From: Magnetococcales bacterium
Lineage (GTDB): Bacteria > Pseudomonadota > Magnetococcia > Magnetococcales > DC0425bin3
Length of the DNA stretch: 64,000 nucleotides
Direction: 5' to 3'
NCBI GenBank assembly: GCA_015231175.1
Contig: JADGBZ010000012.1
Coordinates: 11,509-75,508, forward strand
Within the stretch, counting starts at the first letter, position 1; every line of letters begins with the position of its first letter. The notes below the pieces were generated by a model that saw only the letters and a program-made list of their open reading frames with translations, did not search any database and was not told the DNA's origin. This document shows positions 57,905 through 64,000 of the stretch, in pieces. A program made the position numbers and the translations under genes.

Positions 57905-57957
57905 GAAGCTGGGGAAAAGGCATGCGGAGTGGATGGGGCGTCCGGCAAGGCGGCATT

Positions 57958-58839
57958 TCAGAGGTAGGTGCGGATTTCTTCACGAAAGTTGCGCGGCTCG
58001 ATTTTGAATGTCTTGATCATCAGGTTGATATCACAAATATTTTCCTCCCGCAGCATGATCAGTTGGTCCGAGGTGAGGGGTGGGCGGGGCAGCAGTCGTT
58101 CAAGGATGGCGGCCTCCAGGCGGAGCAATGGCATGGGGAGAAAAAATTTGACGCGGCTTTTGCCCATGGCCGAGGCGATGGTCTCCATGATCTCGGCGAA
58201 GGAGAGGCGTTCCGGCCCCCCCAACTCGAATGTCTGGTCGATCGTGGTGACATCGGCCAGAGCAGTGACCACACAATGGACGACATCCTCGACCCAAACG
58301 GGCTGCATGCGGCTCTGACCGTCACCCAGAATGGGCATGAATGGCAGGTAACGGATGATGCGGGCAAATTGGTTGACGAAATGATCGCGAGGCCCAAAGA
58401 TGACGGAGGGTCGGAAGATGGTGTACGGAACCCCGCCATGGCGGAGACACTCCTCCGCTTCCCACTTGGTGCGATGGTAGAGGCTGGAGGCGTTGGGACG
58501 GGTACCCAGGGAGCTCATGTAGATCAATCGCCTCACCCCATGGCGTTTGGCGACATCCACCACGTTCTGTGTCCCCTGGCGGTGAACATTGGCAAAGGTA
58601 TTGCGGCCCGTCTCCACCAGAATGCCAACCAGGTGGATCACTTGTTCCACCCCTTCCATGGCGGCGTCCAGGGCGCCAAGGTCAAGAATGGACCCCTGGT
58701 AGAACTGCATGGGAGACACAGCGGGATCGAGCCAGTTGGGACGGTTCCGGGCAAACCCACGCACCAACCGTCCCTCATCAATCAGGCGACGCACCAGGGA
58801 ATACCCGACCAGACCCGTACAACCAGTGACCAGTATCAT
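57958..58839 (-). CDS. NAD(P)-dependent epimerase/dehydratase-family SDR (NDUFA9/NmrA-like)
   Basis: MILVTGCTGLVG Rossmann motif and YxxxK (YHRTKWEAE). ATG 58839 has GGAGG 6 nt upstream. Confidence 0.8.
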   Translation of the reverse strand: MILVTGCTGLVGYSLVRRLIDEGRLVRGFARNRPNWLDPAVSPMQFYQGSILDLGALDAAMEGVEQVIHLVGILVETGRNTFANVHRQGTQNVVDVAKRHGVRRLIYMSSLGTRPNASSLYHRTKWEAEECLRHGGVPYTIFRPSVIFGPRDHFVNQFARIIRYLPFMPILGDGQSRMQPVWVEDVVHCVVTALADVTTIDQTFELGGPERLSFAEIMETIASAMGKSRVKFFLPMPLLRLEAAILERLLPRPPLTSDQLIMLREENICDINLMIKTFKIEPRNFREEIRTYL

Positions 58840-58957
58840 GACCATCCTCCACCCCGCACGTGGACGCAGCCTCCTGGTCATACTAATTCATTTTTTCGCT
58901 TTTGTGTACGTTATTTGCAGCGATCCATTCCCCTTTCTGGCAAAGCCTGGAGATAAA

Positions 58958-59105
58958 GCAACCATTCACCACCCTTGCAAGAAAAGCCTGGACAGGAAAG
59001 CCTTTGTCAGGGCTTCGCCCCGAACCCCACCAGGGCGCTGCCCTGGACTAAGCCAGGAAGCCAGCCCCCTGGATCCCGATTCGTTGGCGGGAGGTGAACA
59101 GTTAC
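58958..59105 (+). mobile_element. MITE-like element copy K (type 1, full length)
   Basis: GCAACCATTCACCACCC ... GGGAGGTGAACAGTTAC. Nearly collinear with copy J. The central hairpin carries a G:C pair where copies A, D and J have A:T. Confidence 0.85.
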
Positions 59106-59143
59106 GAGATAAAGGCGTTTGTCAGGGCTCTGTCCAGCGCCAA

Positions 59144-59677
59144 TCAGGGAGGATCGTGTGGTTCGGTGTGGAACATTCTGAAAAAATTCTCCAGATACCA
59201 ATCAACCACCCTATCCAAACCTTGGGCATAGGCGAGCCGGATCTCTGACATGGCCTGGTTGAATCGTTCAACCTCAACCACGGATAAAACACCCTCCTGA
59301 TGTCTTTGTCGCGCCACAGCAAGCAACCGGTCCAACTCCTGGTACACATGACCATGCGGATCCAGGACCGAGTAAAGCTCCTCGACAGCTTGAAAAACGG
59401 TCAGGTAGTGCTCGGGCGGGGGAGGTTCCCGAACGGGAGCCGGTGTGGGTGGCGGCATCGGCGGTGGCGGGGGGAGCGCAACGATCTTTTTTTTCTTGAT
59501 CGAACGCACGCCGCCCACCGTGAAGGCGCGCAGATCGACCCAGGTATCCGGGGGAGGTGGCAGACCAAAATCCGTCGGTCTTTCACGGACCTTCTCCTTG
59601 CGAACGCCGCGAAGGGCATAGTCCCGAAGATCGATCCACACCCCTTCCGCAGTGACTCCGTCCATCATCCACCTCAT
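59144..59677 (-). CDS. Hypothetical protein with duplicated N-terminal motif and proline-rich linker
   Basis: W(I/V)DLR..(A/T)..GVR motif occurs twice, then PPPPPMPPPTPAPVREPPPP, then a helical C-domain. No family recognised. Confidence 0.5.
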   Translation of the reverse strand: MRWMMDGVTAEGVWIDLRDYALRGVRKEKVRERPTDFGLPPPPDTWVDLRAFTVGGVRSIKKKKIVALPPPPPMPPPTPAPVREPPPPEHYLTVFQAVEELYSVLDPHGHVYQELDRLLAVARQRHQEGVLSVVEVERFNQAMSEIRLAYAQGLDRVVDWYLENFFRMFHTEPHDPP

Positions 59678-59784
59678 GACGCACTTTGTAAAAGCGACCT
59701 CTGAAGCCTATCGGCGGGAAGAGAGTCGCCCTTGAGCAAAATTTGCGTCAGTCCGAAGTTTGTTCCGGATCGGGCGCTGAACGA

Positions 59785-60786
59785 TTACCCCATTTTTATT
59801 TTGACAGTGACGATGTGCTGCCTATCGTCGGGGTGGTGCAAGGTCAAAATCATCTCTTTTCGTGGATCGTGGTGGTTGACCCAATGAGGCAGGGTTTGCG
59901 GTGTTACGGGTTGCTCATCCAGGGTCAGCAGGATATCACCCGCCCGGATGCCAGCCGCATAAGCCGGGCTATCAGGTTCAACACCCACGATCAAAACCCC
60001 TTTATCCATCGGCGCGGGACTGGCCACCAGCCCCAACCGGGGGCGGTGTCGGGAATCTTTCCGGGTTGCAGACGATTTGACCACGTTCAACGCTTCGGAG
60101 AGAATGGCCGCCACCACATAGACATGGTTGCCGCCGCCGATTTCGACATGCACATTTTTCACCTGGCCGTAACCGGCGATGGTCACATTGTTTCGACCCA
60201 ATGGCAGGTTGACGGCCTCCCCTGGGGTGACTCCCATGTCTGTTCCGTTCAGTTGCCAGCGCATGCCAGGAGGTTGCGTCGCGACGACGAGGCCACCTTT
60301 TGCGGAGCTTTTTTCGACAGGAAGGAGAAAAACGGATCCTTCCCGCGACTGGATCCGGATCGCTTTTTGACCTTCCAGGTTGCGCAGGGGAATGCGCAAT
60401 CTGCCGGACTCCAGCTCCTCCTGGGTTGGCCAGGCGGTGGCAGGGTACAAGGAATGATTCTGGAGAATTGGCGTAGAGGTATTTTCTTTGATGTAACCGT
60501 TCTCTTTCAAAGCCCCCTGCTGCACCACAACAGTGTCCACAGGGGAAGATCCATCGCCCTTTGAGTTAGAGCTAACTCTATCGGCGCCACGCCGGAGCGA
60601 ATCCTCCGCCAAGGATGCCAAAGATGCGCGTTTCCCAAAAATTTCGTTCATCTCCCGCTTGCGTCGGGCCTCCCCGGCTTGCTTCGTATCCATGGATCGT
60701 TCTTGTACAATGCCCTTGTCCATATCCTGAATGGTTTTGCGTGATGCTAGCCAATCCGGGTCAAAAAGGGTGATACCCAAGTCCAT
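59785..60786 (-). CDS. PEGA-like + PDZ domain protein
   Basis: PDZ (KGVLIVGVEPDSPAYAAGIRAGDILLTLDEQPV) and a PEGA-like beta segment (WQLNGTDMGVTPGEAVNLPLGRNNVTIAGYG). ATG 60786 has GGAGG 8 nt upstream. ORF sequence upstream of it runs into a repeat element. Confidence 0.65.
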   Translation of the reverse strand: MDLGITLFDPDWLASRKTIQDMDKGIVQERSMDTKQAGEARRKREMNEIFGKRASLASLAEDSLRRGADRVSSNSKGDGSSPVDTVVVQQGALKENGYIKENTSTPILQNHSLYPATAWPTQEELESGRLRIPLRNLEGQKAIRIQSREGSVFLLPVEKSSAKGGLVVATQPPGMRWQLNGTDMGVTPGEAVNLPLGRNNVTIAGYGQVKNVHVEIGGGNHVYVVAAILSEALNVVKSSATRKDSRHRPRLGLVASPAPMDKGVLIVGVEPDSPAYAAGIRAGDILLTLDEQPVTPQTLPHWVNHHDPRKEMILTLHHPDDRQHIVTVKIKMG

Positions 60787-60824
60787 CTTCTTTTCCTCCA
60801 CCCCAGTCTTTTCATGGTCTCTTC

Positions 60825-60896
60825 GGGGCTTCGCCCCGGACCCCACCAGGAGGAAGGGCGCAGCCCTTCCTCCTGGACCTCCATCCCAGTTTTTTA
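60825..60896 (+). repeat. MITE-like element L (type 2 core + long hairpin)
   Basis: GGGGCTTCGCCCCGGACCCCACCAGGAGGAAGGGCGCAGCCCTTCCTCCTGGACCTCCATCCCAGTTTTTTA, in the 127-bp divergent spacer between the PDZ gene and mutM. Confidence 0.8.
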
Positions 60897-60913
60897 CAGG
60901 AGGCTCCCACCCC

Positions 60914-61753
60914 ATGCCTGAACTTCCCGAAGTCGAAACCATTCGCCGGGGCGTGGCCGAGCGGATCGTGGGCAGAACAATCCAGGCCCTGGCCGTGCGA
61001 CGTACCGACCTGCGTTGGCCCGTACCCGAAGTCACCCTGCGTCAGAAGGTCATCGGCAAGACCATCCTGAAGGTGGAACGACGCGGCAAATATGTATTGC
61101 TGGCCTGTCCCAACGGATTTATTTTACTCCACTTTGGCATGACCGGTGGCGTGCGGTGGGTCAGGCCGGACGCCCCCTGGGAAAAACATGATCACGTCGC
61201 CCTGGAGTTGGACAACAACCTGACGCTCCGTTTTTACGATCCGCGTCGATTCGGGGCTCTCCTCTGGGTCGATCCACCCTGGGAGAGTCATCCTTTGTTG
61301 GCCAACCTGGGTGTGGAGCCTCTTGGAGAGGCATTCCATGGCGATCATCTGTTTGCAGCATCCCGCAACCGCCGCGTCAGCGTCAAGGGCTTCCTCATGG
61401 ACGCCAAAATGGTCGTGGGGGTGGGGAACATCTATGCCAACGAGGCGCTGTTTCTGGCCGGCCTGCATCCGGAGAGGCCTGTCGATCAATTGACCCTTGA
61501 TGATTGTCAACGTTTGGCCCAAACGGTCCGGGAGCTTCTCTCCGCCGCCATTGCCAAGGGGGGGACCACTTTCAGGGATTACAGGGACAGCGATGGCAAT
61601 ATGGGTTACTTTAAAATGGATCTGCACGTCTACCAGAGGCAGGGGGAACCTTGTTTCACGTGCAACTCACCCATCCAAATGACGCGCAGCCACGGACGCT
61701 CGACATTCCACTGCCCTGCTTGTCAAAAGCCGGTACGCAGCCCTTGGCCATGA
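60914..61753 (+). CDS. mutM: Formamidopyrimidine-DNA glycosylase
   Basis: MPELPEVETIRRG N-terminus, H2TH region, and C-terminal zinc finger CFTCNSPI...FHCPACQ. Confidence 0.92.
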   Translation: MPELPEVETIRRGVAERIVGRTIQALAVRRTDLRWPVPEVTLRQKVIGKTILKVERRGKYVLLACPNGFILLHFGMTGGVRWVRPDAPWEKHDHVALELDNNLTLRFYDPRRFGALLWVDPPWESHPLLANLGVEPLGEAFHGDHLFAASRNRRVSVKGFLMDAKMVVGVGNIYANEALFLAGLHPERPVDQLTLDDCQRLAQTVRELLSAAIAKGGTTFRDYRDSDGNMGYFKMDLHVYQRQGEPCFTCNSPIQMTRSHGRSTFHCPACQKPVRSPWP

Positions 61754-61754
61754 C

Positions 61755-61824
61755 AGCGTTTGTCAAAGCGCCGCCCCGAACCCCACCATGGCGCTGCCCT
61801 TGACCCACCGGGGAGCCAGCCACC
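61755..61824 (+). repeat. MITE-like element M1, left part (interrupted copy)
   Basis: AGCGTTTGTCAAAGCGCCGCCCCGAACCCCACCATGGCGCTGCCCTTGACCCACCGGGGAGCCAGCCACC. The remainder resumes at 62029-62061 (CCCCGATGCGTGACCGTGTGCTGAAGTCAC). Confidence 0.65.
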
Positions 61825-61825
61825 T

Positions 61826-62028
61826 AGTGGCTCAACCGACATGATTTGAAGTGTTCACTTTTCGTGATTATTCCGCACTCTTTCAAGAAAAGCTTGGAAA
61901 TGAAAACCTTTGTCAGGGCTTCGCCCCGAACCCCACCAGGGCGCTGCCCTGGACTAAGCCAGGGAGCCAGCCCCCTGGACCCCGATTCATGGCTTGCCTG
62001 CACATCAAATCAACACGGTTGAGCCACT
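61826..62028 (+). mobile_element. Inverted-repeat-bounded insert carrying MITE copy M2, nested inside copy M1
   Basis: 28-nt ends AGTGGCTCAACCGACATGATTTGAAGTG / CACATCAAATCAACACGGTTGAGCCACT match at 24 of 28 positions as inverted repeats. Internal bases 61864-61989 form a type-1 copy. Confidence 0.65.
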
Positions 62029-62102
62029 AACCCCCGATGCGTGACCGTGTGCTGAAGTCACCACGGTTGAATCTTTTCATGAACGTTACTACACTGAAGG
62101 AC

Positions 62103-62381
62103 ATGAAGATCACCTACGACCCTGCCAAGAATTTTTGGAATACGACAACACGCCAGCTTTCTTTTGATCGCGCCGCTGACTTTCAATGGCAGGATGCACA
62201 CATCGTCGAGGATATCCGACACATCTACCCGGAACGGCGATTTGTTGCAGTAGGCTATCTCGATAGACGTTTACATGTCCTTTGCTTTACACCCGTTGCG
62301 GGTGGCATACGGGTAATCAGTTTTCGCAAGGCCAATCGTCAAGAGGCACGTAATCATGGAAAATCCATTACCATTGACTGA
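62103..62381 (+). CDS. brnT: BrnT-family (DUF497) toxin
   Basis: ITYDPAKN...RFVAVGYLDRRLHVLCFT...IRVISFRKANRQE, typical of BrnT. ATG 62103 is preferred; the ORF opens at 62037 inside repeat-derived sequence. Confidence 0.8.
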   Translation: MKITYDPAKNFWNTTTRQLSFDRAADFQWQDAHIVEDIRHIYPERRFVAVGYLDRRLHVLCFTPVAGGIRVISFRKANRQEARNHGKSITID

Positions 62382-62649
62382 CGACGACGGAGAAGTCAGA
62401 GATCTGACCCGGGAAGACTTTGCGCGGATGAAACCATCCCATGATGTTTTGCCTGTCATCCTGGGAACAGATGTAGCTGCCGCATTATTGGCAAGGCGTG
62501 GACACCCCCCTGGCAGCGGCGGAAAAGTCTCCACCACGGTGCGTTTCGATGCAGAGGTGATCTCGGCCTTCCGTGCCACCGGAAGAGGGTGGCAGACCCG
62601 CATGAACGATGCCCTGAAGGACTGGTTGAAAACCCACCCTCCTGCATGA
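62356..62649 (+). CDS. brnA: BrnA-family antitoxin
   Basis: 97 aa; overlaps brnT by 26 nt. C-terminal RHH-like segment (VSTTVRFDAEVISAFRATGRGWQTRMNDALKDWL). Confidence 0.75.
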   Translation: MENPLPLTDDDGEVRDLTREDFARMKPSHDVLPVILGTDVAAALLARRGHPPGSGGKVSTTVRFDAEVISAFRATGRGWQTRMNDALKDWLKTHPPA

Positions 62650-62699
62650 GGGCTTTTACAGCACCTCCCGTTGCCGGCCCATACGATGATCGCTGGTTG

Positions 62700-63122
62700 T
62701 CACCGTGCTGGGGGTCTCTCCACAACCTGGGGTGGCAACGCCGGCAGGCGCATTTCCTGGGATACATGCGGGGATACGTAAGAGACCGGAGCCGGAGGAA
62801 CAAGCCGGATGATGGCTGCAACACCCCCGAGAATGATGATACCGGTGGCAATGACCCATTTGATGGTTTCCACCTTGGCGGCTTCGATCTCCTTGCGCAA
62901 CTCAGCCTTGGCGAGTTCAATATCCGCCTTGACAAGCTCAATGTCCCTCTTGACAAGTTGAATGTCCCCCTTGGTGGCCAGATCCTTAAGCCGGGACTCC
63001 TCCACCTGTTGGAGGATGCTTGAAATGGCCTCGGCCTGGGCTTCCGCCTGGACGGATGGGACGCCAGCGGTTTCCAGTTTCCTCACAAAGGCCAGGGTGT
63101 CGAACGACAGGGCATGGCTCAT
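62700..63122 (-). CDS. DUF1640-like coiled-coil protein with C-terminal TM anchor
   Basis: MSHALSFDTLAFVRKLETAGVP..., repeated coiled coil (DIQLVKRDIELVKADIELAKAEL), TM segment WVIATGIIILGGVAAII. Confidence 0.7.
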   Translation of the reverse strand: MSHALSFDTLAFVRKLETAGVPSVQAEAQAEAISSILQQVEESRLKDLATKGDIQLVKRDIELVKADIELAKAELRKEIEAAKVETIKWVIATGIIILGGVAAIIRLVPPAPVSYVSPHVSQEMRLPALPPQVVERPPAR

Positions 63123-63213
63123 GGCGCTCCTCCTCAATATTCCTCTACAGCCCAATCACCGGCCCCATCTCAACACACTCCCGGGCCAACATCAACCGCC
63201 CTTTGGGCTAAAG

Positions 63214-63249
63214 CAAAGGCCAGGGTGTCGAACGACAGGGCATGGCTCA
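63214..63249 (-). repeat. Exact 36-bp duplicate of the 5-prime end of the DUF1640 gene (gene-start fragment)
   Basis: CAAAGGCCAGGGTGTCGAACGACAGGGCATGGCTCA is identical to 63086-63121. It covers codons 2-13 of the DUF1640 gene. In this copy the ATG is replaced by TTG, and the frame closes after about 24 codons. Confidence 0.8.
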
Positions 63250-63273
63250 ATCCGGTATGTCACGTGGCCTGCT

Positions 63274-63630
63274 TTACAAGCCTGCCTCGGAGTTCATGGC
63301 ATCCAATACCCGTTGCAACACCAAGCGAAGGGCTGATAACTGGTTATCCTCCAGTGCTTTCCAAACTTCCTCAGGATCGACACCATCGTACTGGTGAATC
63401 AAAACATCCCGGAAACCAGCCATACGCCTCCAAGGAATTTCCGGATATTGCTTACGGACAGATTCAGGAATATTTTTCGCTGCTTCGCCAATAACTTCAA
63501 AATTTCGGTAAACCGCATCCTGGACCATCAGGTTACTCAAAAAATGCCCCTGCCCATCCTTGGTGAATTTTTCAATACGTTCCAGACGCTCGATCATGTG
63601 AACCACAAAGAGTCGGGAGTCTTTGCTCAC
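63274..63630 (-). CDS. hepT: HepT-like (DUF86) ribonuclease toxin
   Basis: Rx4HxY-type motif (FRDVLIHQYDGVD). Overlaps the upstream mntA-like gene by 4 nt. Confidence 0.8.
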   Translation of the reverse strand: MSKDSRLFVVHMIERLERIEKFTKDGQGHFLSNLMVQDAVYRNFEVIGEAAKNIPESVRKQYPEIPWRRMAGFRDVLIHQYDGVDPEEVWKALEDNQLSALRLVLQRVLDAMNSEAGL

Positions 63631-63917
63631 AAGGGAATTGCTTCCCTCAGAACGCGATCCCTGATGAACCAGTGGATCGCCGGTTCAGAAACCACATCAA
63701 CAGCCCGCCCCAATAATTCCTCGATGTCCTGCTTCAGTGCAACGTGATCCCACAAAGAGCGGGTTTCCTCGAAATTCACCAACAGATCCACGTCACTGCC
63801 CAGATTGTCATCACCACGAGCCATGGATCCAAACACCCGAATGTCCCGTGCTCCATGACGTTCAGCCAAAGCCAAGATTTCCGCTCGGTGGTTCTGAATC
63901 AATTTTGAATACGCCAT
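63627..63917 (-). CDS. mntA: MntA-like nucleotidyltransferase antitoxin
   Basis: Minimal nucleotidyltransferase motif FGSMARGD...SDVDLLV. Confidence 0.8.
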   Translation of the reverse strand: MAYSKLIQNHRAEILALAERHGARDIRVFGSMARGDDNLGSDVDLLVNFEETRSLWDHVALKQDIEELLGRAVDVVSEPAIHWFIRDRVLREAIPL

Positions 63918-63980
63918 GTAGCCATGTCCCTGTTTGAATCAAATTTCGACCATGATCACCGTTTCGGCCACATCATGAAA

Positions 63981-64000
63981 GCCCAACGAATCGGGATCCA
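63981..64000 (-). repeat. MITE-like right-module fragment N (cut by the window end)
   Basis: GCCCAACGAATCGGGATCCA matches the inverted right module CAACGAATCGGGGTCCAGGG. Confidence 0.5.

Noticed and set aside
8077-62061. The repeats might be integron attC sites, or classic REP elements with a RAYT transposase.
   Set aside because: The ends do not fit RYYYAAC / GTTRRRY. There is no intI or cassette-like gene organisation. I found no GTAG-type REP head and no RAYT gene in the window. A MITE-like description fits better but remains unproven.

Overview
The window looks like chromosomal DNA from a proteobacterium-like organism, with GC around 55% by eye. All calls rest on motif recognition in the supplied translations and on reading the DNA; no searches were run.

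I support about 62 protein-coding genes and 3 tRNA genes. Most are housekeeping or signalling genes.

- Conserved blocks: fabD-fabG-acpP-fabF-mltG-tmk-holB-(PSP1)-tatD, and uvrC-pgsA-tRNA(Gly)-tRNA(Cys). Both orders are known from E. coli.
- Other housekeeping genes: lgt, pheA, rsmJ, glnA, pepN, mutM, a GldA/F/G-type ABC operon, and the tesA / ybbA-ybbP arrangement.
- Signalling genes: PAS-GGDEF-EAL, REC-PAS-GAF-HD-GYP, PilZ, HDOD, a CheD coupled to an orphan histidine kinase, and CheY-like and cNMP-binding proteins.
- The last 2 kb is a small toxin-antitoxin islet: BrnT/BrnA, a DUF1640 protein, and MntA/HepT.

Three structures are not explained by the genes.

1. A very dense family of MITE-like palindromic repeats occupies at least 15 loci, almost all intergenic.
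   - Full copies are 147 bp with 16-17 bp terminal inverted repeats.
   - Two subfamilies share a core and a hairpin that shows a compensatory base-pair change.
   - One locus is a four-unit tandem array with a 111-bp period. Another is a nested insertion.
   - Two copies supply the last codons or the stop codon of genes.
2. A 490-bp intergenic spacer carries five same-orientation DnaA-box-like 9-mers, two of them perfect TTATCCACA. They flank a 70-bp tract that is 20% GC, so the spacer looks like a replication origin.
3. Several gene fusions or couplings are unusual: TatD fused to a radical SAM domain, a histidine kinase coupled to CheD, and HDOD followed by a J-domain protein.

I found no CRISPR array, transposase, integrase, phage module or recognisable multi-gene defence system. 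I cannot point to a clear new protein-based system; the repeat family and the origin-like locus are the best leads.
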